Below are positions 42,271 through 53,350 of a stretch of DNA of 64,000 nucleotides, piece after piece. Source of the DNA: Trichomonas gallinae (taxonomy: Eukaryota); the NCBI GenBank assembly GCA_008369845.1, contig MRSU01001415.1, forward strand, positions 1 through 64,000, given 5' to 3'. The notes under the pieces were generated by a model. The model searched no databases. It saw only the letters and a program-made list of their open reading frames with translations, and had not been told where the DNA came from. The translations under genes were made by a program, and so were the position numbers. Position 1 is the first letter of the stretch. The number at the start of each line of letters is the position of its first letter.

Positions 42271-43995
42271 ATGAATAAAACTTTTGCAGCTCTTTCACTC
42301 AGTTTGAATCGATTTCCGTTCTACAATGGTGTCGCAAGCAGTGCAAAGGCTTCTGTTCATTTCCACAACTTCAAAATTCGAAATTCTTTCTCAACATTTA
42401 TCAATATCAATTCTTATTCAGAGAACTTGAAAGTCTCAGAATCTACATTTAACAGATTCCTCAAGTCAGCGATCAAAGTGGACTCATCAGCAGATATGAC
42501 AAGCGTTATGCAAGCGAATCATATCAAATTAGATGCTGAGAAATCCGATGTTTTTATTATTGATACGTCTTTTTCACACTGCTACGATATGTCAGAAAAT
42601 GGTGGTGCTATCAATTTTGATAGAAAGACACTCGCAGTTACAATGGATAGAGTCTTCTTTACAAAATGCTCTACTGGCGAATCTGGAGGAGCTTTCTATG
42701 CTGCTCTAGACAATGCAACAATACTCAGAACATGTTTCGAGGAATGCGAAGCTTTAGAAAGTGGACATGCATTTTTCTTGAATCTTAACTCAAAGGAATT
42801 CGCAGCCAATTTCTCTGAGATTTCTATCATGAACTGCTGCCCATCTAACTCATTAACAGGAAAGGCTGCAGCTCTATTTTTAACAGGAAATTACAGACTT
42901 CAATTAACAAATTCATCAGACAACCACGCCAGAGGCTTTGCTGCAGCCTTTGGATCGCTTGGATCAAACTCAATCTTCTTATCATTCAACGAGTTCCAAA
43001 ATTCCAGTTCAACAAACATATTAAGATTATTAGATCTTCAGAAATCTCTTCTTGTTGGCTTTTCTAACTTCCTTCATAACAAGGTCACCACATCAGTCAT
43101 AGAAACATCCGCAGAAAACATTTTCACTAATGTTGTATTTATTAATAATCAAGCACCAAATCTCTTCAGCGGAGAACCAACAAAATTAGTTGTAGCTGAT
43201 AGCTCTATAGACACAGAAGTCACAATAGACAAAGCAGAAACACCAGGCTTCATTGTTACTAAAGATATCGATCCACATCAGATTAATTTCGTGTTTGTTG
43301 GTCACTGCCGAGTTGTTGCTGAGCAGGAAGGCCTTGATGGTCAAGCTAGAATGAAATCAATCATCAAAGAAATTCCAGAAAAGAAACTCAAACAATTCGC
43401 AAAAATATCAGAGAACTTATCATTCATTCCACCATCAGTAACACCACGTCATGTCATCAAAACAGAAGAGCCAGAAGTAGAACCGGACGTATTCACCCAT
43501 CGCCCGGACAGACACGGTCCTACAAGAACGCGCAGAATATTTAACCCGAATATTGTTGACCCAGACTCATATAAATCACATCCAGCAAGGAACAACACGC
43601 ATCCAAGAATTGGCGTCATCACGCCAGTCAATGTCCCTGTTCGCAATGTTCCGCAGGATACAAAGTCCAGAGTGATACAGCCTAGAGTTATCGCACCAAC
43701 AGCCAGTTTTTCACCATCAGAGACATTCTACAAATCTAGGACGTTCCTTCCTTCTCTCCAGTTCACCGCTTCACAGTCGCCTGCGCAGTCATTAATTCCA
43801 TACGTATTATATTCTGCTGCAGGCTTCGTAGTTTTCGCTGTTTTGACTTCATTCTTGTTCTTAAAGAGTAGTGATGCAGGATACAACTTGATGACACCAT
43901 CCGAATCTGCAGATTCTCGTATATCCGATTATGCTTCATCTACAAGTACAACAATCACAATGACCGCCGAATCCTCAACTTCTGTTGTTGTCTAA
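42271..43995 (+). CDS. Pmp-like (GGA/FxxC beta-helix) single-pass surface protein
   Basis: FSHC...NGGAI, FTKC...SGGAFY, CFEEC...GHAF. It has a Pro/Thr-rich stalk, F(T/S)xS repeats, a TM segment (VLYSAAGFVVFAVLTSFLFL) and a short Ser/Thr-rich tail. Confidence 0.7.
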   Translation: MNKTFAALSLSLNRFPFYNGVASSAKASVHFHNFKIRNSFSTFININSYSENLKVSESTFNRFLKSAIKVDSSADMTSVMQANHIKLDAEKSDVFIIDTSFSHCYDMSENGGAINFDRKTLAVTMDRVFFTKCSTGESGGAFYAALDNATILRTCFEECEALESGHAFFLNLNSKEFAANFSEISIMNCCPSNSLTGKAAALFLTGNYRLQLTNSSDNHARGFAAAFGSLGSNSIFLSFNEFQNSSSTNILRLLDLQKSLLVGFSNFLHNKVTTSVIETSAENIFTNVVFINNQAPNLFSGEPTKLVVADSSIDTEVTIDKAETPGFIVTKDIDPHQINFVFVGHCRVVAEQEGLDGQARMKSIIKEIPEKKLKQFAKISENLSFIPPSVTPRHVIKTEEPEVEPDVFTHRPDRHGPTRTRRIFNPNIVDPDSYKSHPARNNTHPRIGVITPVNVPVRNVPQDTKSRVIQPRVIAPTASFSPSETFYKSRTFLPSLQFTASQSPAQSLIPYVLYSAAGFVVFAVLTSFLFLKSSDAGYNLMTPSESADSRISDYASSTSTTITMTAESSTSVVV

Positions 43996-44421
43996 AGTAT
44001 TTTTTTTTTGTCGTTTAATATTAAATATTTAATTGATTTTCTCATTATATACAATATATAGAAATTTGACATCAAAATATTATATATTACAATAAAAAAG
44101 GTGATAATATGAGAAAAAACTTGTCGCCTTCGGTGAAAATCGAAAATTTAAAATTTTTACAAAAGTGACAAAATAAGATTTTTAATTTTTGTATAAAATG
44201 TAATTACAGCTATAAAATGATATGTTTTAGAAAATGGTATTTTTGTAAACTTTTCAAATGTTGTCACTTTTTGATAGATGTGTTACGGGTGTGAATCACG
44301 ACAATTTTTATATCAAATATTATTAAAATAGTTATAGTATTGATATTTATGGTTTTCATTCGATTTCCGGTGTGCTGTTACGCCCGTGAAATGAGAGAAA
44401 TTTGTTTAAAATTTTTTGTCA

Positions 44422-44426
44422 TCACT
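44422..44426 (+). promoter_or_regulatory. Initiator TCACT of the ankyrin gene
   Basis: TCACT lies 8 nt upstream of ATG 44435. Confidence 0.6.
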
Positions 44427-44434
44427 TTTATAAG

Positions 44435-45208
44435 ATGTCGCAAAACGATCCTGACACAGTAGAGAAGCTTCAAGAAACTGTCGCCAAGCTGAAAGCAGAA
44501 CTGAATGAAAAAGAAAAAGAAATCACATCCAAAGACAAAGAGATACTCCATCTGAAGGAAAAATGGCTTCTACTTCAAACATTTACAACTGTTGATAATG
44601 TTTCTTCACTTTATCACGCTTTCGTATCAATTGCAGAGAAAAATGCTCCTGAAGTCATCAAACTTGCATGCAAACTTGGTTTAAGTGAAAAATATGATGA
44701 TACTGAGAAAACCATTCTTCTAAATGCATGCATTCTTAATAATTTGAAACTTGTTAAGATTCTCGTAGAAAATGGTTGTGATCGTGATGCTGTTGATAAC
44801 CAAGGTGCTAATGCATTCACTATTGCCGCCCTTTGTGGTAATACTGAAATTCTTAAATATCTCGTTTCAGCAAACTTCGATATCCACTATAAAATGGGAT
44901 ATAACAAAGCTAATGCGATTTGGGCGGCTTGTTCTCAAAATAAATTAGAAGCAGCACAATATTTGGCATCAATAGGTCTTGATATCAATTCAGCTGATGA
45001 AAATGGTGTTACTTGCGCACATGCAGCAGCTCTGACCTGCGCAGTTGATACTCTCAAGTGGTTAATCTCAATGGGATGTAATTTAAACGCAAAAACAAAG
45101 ACTGGTTTTACAGCACTTAGACTATTACAGGATAACAGGATGCATCCAAGTAATGTAAACTATGAGACTGTTATTCAAATACTTGAGGAAGCAAATGCGC
45201 ATAAATGA
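44435..45208 (+). CDS. Ankyrin repeat protein with N-terminal coiled coil
   Basis: Repeats TILLNAC..NNLKLVKILVENG, GANAFTIAA..GNTEILKYL, GVTCAHAAA, GFTAL. First ATG at 44435 (MSQND). Confidence 0.88.
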   Translation: MSQNDPDTVEKLQETVAKLKAELNEKEKEITSKDKEILHLKEKWLLLQTFTTVDNVSSLYHAFVSIAEKNAPEVIKLACKLGLSEKYDDTEKTILLNACILNNLKLVKILVENGCDRDAVDNQGANAFTIAALCGNTEILKYLVSANFDIHYKMGYNKANAIWAACSQNKLEAAQYLASIGLDINSADENGVTCAHAAALTCAVDTLKWLISMGCNLNAKTKTGFTALRLLQDNRMHPSNVNYETVIQILEEANAHK

Positions 45209-45769
45209 TATGTTTTTACTGTTTTAAATATTCAAAATATTAAATTGATTTTTTAATATTAAGATTTGGGGGTTGATTTTATATGTGTTTACAATAATTC
45301 GCTAACATATGAATGAAATTACCCTTAATTCGCATAATTTTCTGGAAATTTAATGACTTATCATAAATTTTATGGATTGATTATGATCAATTATTGAATG
45401 GATTCGTTTTTTCATTTGTTATATGATATTTGTAGTAATATTAGCTTATCTATGATAATAACTTAAATATCAATTGAATCGTAATTTTTAGAATAGATAT
45501 AATAATAGATGCATTCAAATTATCATGCAAATGGATATATTATTGTCAAACAATTGATATTATGCATCAAAGCTGTGATATTTTATGATATTTAAGAAGC
45601 ATATACTGTAAATAGACAAGTTATGTGTGTATTGGTGCATCTATCAAGATGTACCAATTATCTTTCGATAAAAAGTAAACATATTCAATTGAAAAAAATT
45701 AATTATGCTATAGTTTCGCTATGAACTGCTATACAGTGATTAAAAGACAAAAGTATTTATTTCGAACAA

Positions 45770-46747
45770 TTATTCTTCAGAAAAATAAACATTTCGAATA
45801 ACTGCAGCAGCTCCAAGAGCAAACATTGATAATAGAGCAATCCTTCGTGTAGTCTTGGCCTGCTTCTTCATCTTCAATGCTACACGGGCTTCAATACTTT
45901 GTGAACAATTAAAAGTTCTCTCTGTTCCGTATTTTGACGACCAAGCAAGTAATTCATCAACATTTGGCTCTGTTAGTATGACAGCATTGATCAGTTCAGT
46001 TAAATACTGTTTCGAAATATTTGGTCTTATAATTATTTGACTCCAAAGGCGTACAAAGTTGACAGCATTGAATCTGTTGAACTGGTCGAATAATAATGAG
46101 TAAGTAATATTTGTGACTTGTTGAGAATTTGCTATCGAATTAATATTTTTCTGCTGAGCGAACTTAATTACACTGGTTGACAATGAGTTATCATCAATTG
46201 TAATGACATTGACCAAGCGAACGATTTCGATAAACAAGTAATACGTTAAAGCATCAGTTAATTGCAGATGAATATTCTCGACGATGTAGCCAATTGGATA
46301 TAATGTGGAATAAATATTTAAATACGCTGTGAGAAAGCCTTTTCTGAACATGATATTGAATCTTGAACAACACATAATAACGATTTTCTTTGCTGATTCT
46401 TCGAAATCTTTAGGATTTATATGAACTAATGATGGGTGGTTATTCCATCCTTGAAGAATTTCGTTTAATTCGGAATTAAAAGCTTCAAATTCAATTTCTG
46501 GTAAAGATCTTTGCCATATAATATTTAGTGCGTATTCCTTCGCGAATTTTTCATTTATCCTCTTAAGACTTTTGATGAAATCGAAAGAGTTATTAAACTT
46601 TAATATTTCATAGTTCATTAACCAGCATAAAAGGCTAATTGCTGGATTTGGTATATCCCTTGACCTGAGGTACTCCTCAACGTCATACATATTATGGATG
46701 GTTGTACTGAAATCTGTGATGATTTGTGAAGCATGATCGAGATGCAT
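45770..46747 (-). CDS. Hypothetical protein, possibly degenerate TBC/Rab-GAP fold with C-terminal tail anchor
   Basis: Start MHLDH at 46747 follows TCATT at 46760-46764. Weak TBC-like segments DALTYYLFIEIV and LLFDQF...FVRLWSQII. The C-terminal hydrophobic helix IALLSMFALGAAAVI is preceded by basic residues. Confidence 0.55.
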   Translation of the reverse strand: MHLDHASQIITDFSTTIHNMYDVEEYLRSRDIPNPAISLLCWLMNYEILKFNNSFDFIKSLKRINEKFAKEYALNIIWQRSLPEIEFEAFNSELNEILQGWNNHPSLVHINPKDFEESAKKIVIMCCSRFNIMFRKGFLTAYLNIYSTLYPIGYIVENIHLQLTDALTYYLFIEIVRLVNVITIDDNSLSTSVIKFAQQKNINSIANSQQVTNITYSLLFDQFNRFNAVNFVRLWSQIIIRPNISKQYLTELINAVILTEPNVDELLAWSSKYGTERTFNCSQSIEARVALKMKKQAKTTRRIALLSMFALGAAAVIRNVYFSEE

Positions 46748-47040
46748 TCCACACAAAAAAATGAAGTCGTAATGACCCAATATACCATAATAAGTCTTCA
46801 TAATTAGTATATAAATAGAATGGTAGTAATAGGATGTATTTATCAAATAATGGTCCTTTTAATAATCATATTTATCGAGAAAAATTAAAATTATATTTCG
46901 AATGGTTTTCATATTTACAATTTTTGAAATTTTGAAGTATTCTGAAATAGTATCTAATAATGATATAATATTTTAAATTAAAAATCGAAATTAATTTTCA
47001 AAAAATTAAAATGTTAAATTTTTGAAATATTTAGGATATT

Positions 47041-47191
47041 TATATTATGTAGTTTTTATATTTTAAATAAAATTTGCAAAATAATTTAAAAAAAATAAAT
47101 TGATGTATTTTTGATATAATTGAGAAATATATATTATATAGTTGTTATATTTGAAATAAAATTTACAAAATATTTGAAAAAAAAATGAAAT
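47041..47191. repeat. Imperfect ~60-bp direct duplication in a divergent promoter
   Basis: TATATTATGTAGTTTTTATATTTTAAATAAAATTTGCAAAATA at 47041 versus TATATTATATAGTTGTTATATTTGAAATAAAATTTACAAAATA at about 47130. Confidence 0.55.
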
Positions 47192-47337
47192 AATGATATT
47201 TCACGGCCATTTCGAGTGTTAAATGAAGGTATAAATAGAATGGTTATGATTAATGAAATAAAAATAATTTAAAATTTACAAAAAGTGACAAAAGATTTTG
47301 TCCAAGACTTAAAAAAGTGCCGAGGACCTAAAATCTT

Positions 47338-48501
47338 ATGGGAAGACATAGAACTCACCATGCAGCACAGAAAATGATCACAAACATTCACAAAAAACTC
47401 GACAACAAGCGTAACAGAGATGTTAAGCTGAAAATGAAGAGAGCAAAATACCAAGAAGGTGTTAAACAGCGCATTCTTCAAAATCAGGCTGAAATGGCTG
47501 CTCTTGATGGCCCAGCACCAAAGGTTCACGAAAAGGTTAGAAAACACATCAACGAGAAGTTCTTAGAAAGAGTACAGGCCGCTCAAACAACATATGATAC
47601 AATGATTCAACTTGTTGATGGATGTGACGGTGCACTCATCGTTGTTGATGCTAGAGATGCTGATGCCTGCCGTTTCATCAATGTTGAACACGAATTAACC
47701 GAGAAAAAGAAGCCAATTATGTTTGTTATGACTAAAATCGATCTCGTTCCTCATGATGCTGCTGAGAAATGGATCTCACACCTCTCACAGGTTGCTCCAA
47801 CAGTTGCTATTTGCCTTACTTCCGCCCAAAAAGATTCACCACTAATCAAACAAATCCTCGAATTTACAGCTGAACTCAAGAAAGTTGCTGTTCTCGGCCC
47901 ACAAAAGCTTGGAAAGACAACTCTCATTGAGCTTCTTAACTCAGACAAGTTCGAAGAATGCCCACCATACAAATGGACGCTCTGCGGTGTCGATCTCGCA
48001 CTCATTGACTCATTCGAGTGGAAGGGACGTGCCCGTGAGTTCGCAATCTCGTTCATCGAGCGTCTTCTCGCTGCCGAGAAATCACCAGGAATTAATCTTG
48101 TCGAAAAACTCGGCATCAAGAAGCCAAAGTCACCAGGTGACATTCTCGCACAGTTCGGCATCAAGCGTGGTGTTGCCAAGAACGAGGCAGGAGAAGCTTT
48201 CGTTAAAGCTCTCAACGAGAAAGAGTGGAAGTGGGTCGCTGTACCAGAAACAGAGGAAAAGTCTGAGATTTCCGCTGAGCAGGATAAGGAGCTCAGAGCT
48301 AAGTGCACACAGAAGTGCGAGGAGTTCGTCTACATCGGCCAGGATGTTACAATCAGGACAGATGATAACGCGCTTAGATATATCCCACCTGCTGAGTCCT
48401 CCTCGGAGTCTGAAGATGAAGCTCCAAATCAAGGAGAAGAGGAAGAGGATGATGAGCAGCAGGATGCAAACGATGATGAAGAAGAAGAGGATGATGAATA
48501 A
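47338..48501 (+). CDS. GNL3/nucleostemin/Nug1-like circularly permuted GTPase-fold protein (degenerate)
   Basis: Basic N-terminus, then DGALIVVDARD, TKIDLVP (G4) and VAVLGPQKLGKTTLI (G1) in permuted G4-G1 order, ending in an acidic tail. Confidence 0.72.
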   Translation: MGRHRTHHAAQKMITNIHKKLDNKRNRDVKLKMKRAKYQEGVKQRILQNQAEMAALDGPAPKVHEKVRKHINEKFLERVQAAQTTYDTMIQLVDGCDGALIVVDARDADACRFINVEHELTEKKKPIMFVMTKIDLVPHDAAEKWISHLSQVAPTVAICLTSAQKDSPLIKQILEFTAELKKVAVLGPQKLGKTTLIELLNSDKFEECPPYKWTLCGVDLALIDSFEWKGRAREFAISFIERLLAAEKSPGINLVEKLGIKKPKSPGDILAQFGIKRGVAKNEAGEAFVKALNEKEWKWVAVPETEEKSEISAEQDKELRAKCTQKCEEFVYIGQDVTIRTDDNALRYIPPAESSSESEDEAPNQGEEEEDDEQQDANDDEEEEDDE

Positions 48502-48998
48502 AATTTAGATTAGAATTAGATATTTTATTAATTGCAGCCTTTTTTATTATCAACAAAATATGATTTATGTTTCAATTACTATGATATTTGATATAAAATT
48601 GGAAACATAAAATGGAAATATATGTATTTTCTGATTGAAATATACTATTTGTCTATTATAAAATAGGATTAATTATTTGATTTTGGCTAATTTTGATGTT
48701 TTTTAAAGCTTTTTTGCAAATTTTCAAAAAAATGGATTTAAAATATGTCAATTATGAAATCGATTTCGTTGAAATTATGAATGAGAATCGAAAAATGAAA
48801 ATTGTCTATGGATAGATATGGATGAATGGGGTTAAATGGCAAAGTTAGGAAGGTTTTTATTGAGTATTATTTTTTTGATTTTTGAAAATATCATTATTCC
48901 AGGCTAATTTTAAGTTATTTTTGTAAAGAATTAAAAGTTATTAGCGAATATATGGTTTTTGAAGCAATTCCGTTGTTTTTTTATTTTTTACACAAAAA

Positions 48999-50261
48999 AT
49001 GATTACGAAGAAAGTTTTACATAACATTCCTATAGTCGACGATAAAGTCGAGTTTTCGATCCTGGAGCTGCCACCCAGGAATATAGGCAAGTATTTTTAT
49101 TTTACAGTCGATAATATTCAAGAATTTCAATATATTCCGTTTTATGAAGATTTTGGTCCTCCAAACCTTTTTCAATTCGTCGAGTTTATCCGTTACGTAG
49201 AGAATTTACTTGCAAAACACAGAGAAATTCTTCATTTTTATACAGGCCCAAATCCACAAACAAGAACAAACGCTTTTATGTATATCCTCGCATTTAGAAT
49301 GTTCCATTTAAAGCTTACGCCTCAGCAAACGATCGAGCCCTACAAATTTATTAATTTTCGATTTCAAGATTTTAGAGATGCATCAATGCTTCCATCAACA
49401 TTCGATTTAACACATTTAGACGTTCTTACAGGTCTTTTCAAAGCTGTTTCATTGAGATGGCTGAATATTAACGAATTTGATTCTAACGAATTCCAAAGAA
49501 TGAAAGAACTTACAGAAGGCGACATGAGTTGGGTTATACCAGGCAAGCTCATCGCATGCGCAACGCCATACAGCCATTCTCCGATTGGTGGCGGAATTAT
49601 CGTTGTTACACCAGAAACGGCAATTCCTAAGTTCAAACAACTCGGTGTTACAAGGATTATAAGACTCAATCAGCAATTCTACGACTCAGCATTCTTCAAA
49701 GAAGCTGGTTTCAAACATAACGAATTATATTTCGACGACGGAACTGTGCCTTCTAAAGAGATTGTCGACCAATTCTTCGAGCTCATGGATGCTGAAGACG
49801 ATGTAGTTGCTCTTCACTGCAAGGCAGGCTTAGGAAGAACAGGAACACTTGCTGCTTGTTATTTAATACGAAAATTCGAGTTTACGCCACGAGAAGCTAT
49901 AGCATGGGTTAGAATATGCAGGCCAGGAAGTATTGTTGGCCCTCAACAGCAATTTTTACTGAAATTTGACCAAATGAAAGAGAAAGAAGCTACAATTAAG
50001 CCTCCATCAACTCCTCGTGGAATGAATCCAATAAATTCATTTAACAATTCTAAAGGAGTCTTCTTGGGTTCAATATTCCCAGATAATTACAAGAATATGA
50101 CAACAAGAAGATCATTCAAACCTACAAAGACTTTAAGAATCCCTCAAACTGCCAGAGGACAGAAAAGAACGCCAATACAGCCTATTTCGGTTAGAACGGC
50201 TCCAACTTCGCCAAGACGAAAGAAAGGATTTAATTATTCGGAATTAATTTATGATGTTTAA
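48999..50261 (+). CDS. CDC14: Cdc14 dual-specificity phosphatase
   Basis: YIPFYEDFGPPNL, FRDAS, GDMSWVIPGK, IIRLN..YD, LYFDDGT.P, HCKAGLGRTG, EAIAWVRICRPGSIVGPQQ. Confidence 0.95.
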   Translation: MITKKVLHNIPIVDDKVEFSILELPPRNIGKYFYFTVDNIQEFQYIPFYEDFGPPNLFQFVEFIRYVENLLAKHREILHFYTGPNPQTRTNAFMYILAFRMFHLKLTPQQTIEPYKFINFRFQDFRDASMLPSTFDLTHLDVLTGLFKAVSLRWLNINEFDSNEFQRMKELTEGDMSWVIPGKLIACATPYSHSPIGGGIIVVTPETAIPKFKQLGVTRIIRLNQQFYDSAFFKEAGFKHNELYFDDGTVPSKEIVDQFFELMDAEDDVVALHCKAGLGRTGTLAACYLIRKFEFTPREAIAWVRICRPGSIVGPQQQFLLKFDQMKEKEATIKPPSTPRGMNPINSFNNSKGVFLGSIFPDNYKNMTTRRSFKPTKTLRIPQTARGQKRTPIQPISVRTAPTSPRRKKGFNYSELIYDV

Positions 50262-51596
50262 ACTGTTTATTTGATATGAATTTATTCATGTTTGAAAATA
50301 TAGTTCAACCCATAAATATGAAATGATGTTACCTGTAAAATATTTTTCAATAATTTTTTGAGCTGATTTTATGTGACGATAACTCTTATAGTATTGTAGT
50401 TTCCTTATGTAATGATTGAGTTGATGCTCTATTTATGCTTATCTATGTTATATAGAATATTTGGAGCGTGAAATTGATATATAGAACCAAACAAGCTTGT
50501 ATGATAGGATCAATATCATATAGATGATTTAAAGGTCCTAAATATATCAGTGAACAAAATATTTCAAGTTTGACTGATTTCGAAATTAGCAAAATTTTTC
50601 TATTCAAACATAAATAGCATCTGAACTCGCTTAGAAAATAGGCATATAATAATATATTTCATTCCAAAGAGATGATTATTGATTATGCCAAATCACAAAA
50701 TTTACCGCAAAAGTCTTCCATAAGCTTTTAAATATGTTTTCCTGCATTTTTACATGTATCTACAGCTAATAAATTAGCCAAAAATGATTACATTGAATTA
50801 AATCGAGAAAAGAAATCTTGTCAAATTTGCAATTTTTCTGTACGTTTAATATCAACGTTTTTTATAACCATTTGGAATGTTTTTCTCCAGTGATTTTTAA
50901 ACTGTTTTTTCTACAGTGATTTTTGGGTTTCGATAGTTAAATATTTAATTTTTTCTCGATTGTAAAGAAGTCGATTTTTTGCAACACCAGCAAAGAGAAT
51001 CAATAAGCTTCTGAAGCCAATGGTTTTACAGTTGGCATATAATCAATGTTGTGCATTAGCAAACTCTAATCCTCAAAATAAAGTGATTTTTTAAAATGAT
51101 TTTTTCTACATTGATCAAAGATCTTCGAGTTTTTTTTTTGACAATGTTTTTTAGAATGGTTTTTGTATAATAACCTATGGACTGCTTTCTTATAATGAAT
51201 TTTCAAATGTTTTTTCTGCAAAAAATTTTGAAATGATTTTTTAAAATATTTTTATGATGCATGAATTGCAATTTTACAAAGATTTTTGTGAAAATATTTA
51301 AATTGAATTAAATTTAACCATTTTAATAAAAGTGACAATGATAATCAAACACTCAAAACTGCTCTGAAAATTTGTGTCATGAATTGAAAACTTTCTCTGA
51401 ACATTTTTCAAAAATAAATACATTAAACATAGTAATGAATTTGTAATATTTAGATTTTTGAATTTGCTGTCAATTATTTCAATTCATTATTTAAAAAATT
51501 AATTTTTCCATTCTATTAATGATGTACAATAAACGAAAGCGAAAAATGCTGATAAAAAACCGAAAAATTTAAAAAATTCAAATAAGGTTAAATTAA

Positions 51597-52685
51597 ATGT
51601 TTTTGTTTTCGCTTTTATTCGTTCATCGCTTTGATACTAGTGGTGAGCTCTATTTCCAACAGGTTAAACATACTGAGTCCAATGTATTCACGGCATTTTC
51701 AGAATCATCTTCGCCAACAATAACAAATTTTATTCATATCATCAGTGTTGATAGTGACGATGTTGTGAAAAAGTCTACGACTCCTAACCCAAATCCAAAC
51801 GATGCTTCACATTGGACAACATTGTCAGGGAAAGAAATTAATCAAATTCTTTTTAATACAGACCCGATAAGTGTTTTAATCATACCAAGGACTACACATA
51901 GCGTTCTTATTCGTGGTGGCTACACTAGACCTGATTTGTGTCCAGATGGAACATTATTATCTTTACAGACTTCGTTTGATCTTTCATCGAGGCTCAATAA
52001 GCCCAACATTCGCTATCCATACACTTTCTGCGTCATATTTCTCCATTACGAATCACGCGTCATAATCAAAAATACGTTACTTGAAACAGACTCGCTTAAA
52101 TACGAAACTGGTAAGAATGTGTTCACAGAAGTCCAAAATGGAGCTTCAATCAGCACAGATTCATCTCTATATCCTTTATATTTAGTTATTAAATTACAAA
52201 ATGAAGGACAAAGGTCAATGTCATTATCGATTAACGGGGCAACACCACCAGAAGGTGTACCTTTAGATATATTTGAAGGAGAGCCGGACAATGTTTCCAT
52301 TATTACCCCATCTAGAACTAAATACGTTCCTACGAAACATATTGGCACGCCTCCTCCAACACCAGCAGAATCCTGGGATGGTAGATGGCTTGATCCATCA
52401 AATGTTATCATTAGAGGAGAAGAAATTCCCGAAATTCACGAAACTTATCCACCTCTTCAAACAGATTACGTTAAAGCTGAAGTACCAAAAGTCAAAAAGA
52501 TCGTCACATTCAGTACTGGATCGATAATCATCGTTGTTGTTGTTGCATTAACAATTATCAATATTCTGCGAACTTATAACAAAATTCAGAGAGTGAAAGG
52601 CGAATTCGAAGGATCTACAGTAGAATCAGACTTGGATCTCTCTTCTGAATTTTATCTTGAATCATATAGTTCCACAGTGAACTAA
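51597..52685 (+). CDS. Hypothetical type I membrane protein
   Basis: Short hydrophobic N-terminus MFLFSLLF, Pro/Thr-rich stalk, TM segment IIIVVVVALTIINIL, and an acidic/Ser cytoplasmic tail. Confidence 0.65.
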   Translation: MFLFSLLFVHRFDTSGELYFQQVKHTESNVFTAFSESSSPTITNFIHIISVDSDDVVKKSTTPNPNPNDASHWTTLSGKEINQILFNTDPISVLIIPRTTHSVLIRGGYTRPDLCPDGTLLSLQTSFDLSSRLNKPNIRYPYTFCVIFLHYESRVIIKNTLLETDSLKYETGKNVFTEVQNGASISTDSSLYPLYLVIKLQNEGQRSMSLSINGATPPEGVPLDIFEGEPDNVSIITPSRTKYVPTKHIGTPPPTPAESWDGRWLDPSNVIIRGEEIPEIHETYPPLQTDYVKAEVPKVKKIVTFSTGSIIIVVVVALTIINILRTYNKIQRVKGEFEGSTVESDLDLSSEFYLESYSSTVN

Positions 52686-53350
52686 TATATATTTAAAATT
52701 GTTTGTAACTTTGCGTTATAGAATATATAGACAGTGAGATCATTACTCTCGCTGAATATTAATTTAGTATATTTTGTTTATTAAATATTGTTTATGGAAT
52801 TAGTCATTGATAACTTTTTCTCATGTATCTAAGCGTCAATCAATCTTTCAATTTATTAAAATCGTTATAATATAGCAAAATATCAAAACATTTCAAGAAA
52901 TATATATAGCATGCCATTCACTTCAATCGTGAGTGAGCAATTAATCAAGGATAAGATAAGCATTAATCATAACAAAGACCCTATAAGAGATATTGAGCTC
53001 AAAATTTGGACTTCAATGTAACATATGATCCAATCCATATGCAACGTTATATATGTGACACAAATTAAGCTGACTCATTTATCTGGCTGAATTCTCTGTT
53101 CATCATTTTTATTTCAATATCAAAACCAAGAATTAGGAGAGAAAACAAAATGAAATTTGTAATATTTCCATGCACTTACACTATACACCTTATCTTTATT
53201 AGCTATTCTCGATCAAATTTTGAAAACTTAAAAACAAAGAATTTAACGAGAAAATCGAGTTATTTAGATATAAAATTACATAACTAAGCTATTTTTAGAG
53301 CTAAATCAAAAATCTAAAAATCGAAAAATTTGTAACGTTTTTTTAAATCA

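Noticed and set aside
47885..48508. 207-aa alternate-frame ORF overlapping the GNL3-like gene (similarly 32538-33101 and many antisense ORFs)
   Set aside because: These are Ser/Arg-rich shadow frames explained by host-gene codon bias, often with non-ATG starts and no motifs.
28171..50261. Apparent cell-cycle or genome-maintenance cluster (FANCM, PLK, SCP phosphatase, XRN1, CDC14)
   Set aside because: The genes have mixed orientations, are interspersed with unrelated genes, and several belong to expanded families. There is no evidence of a functional cluster.
50878..51110. Short decayed repeats TGTTTTTCT(C/A)CAGTGATTTTT
   Set aside because: Only two or three low-complexity T-rich copies with no spacer structure; not CRISPR-like or clearly functional.
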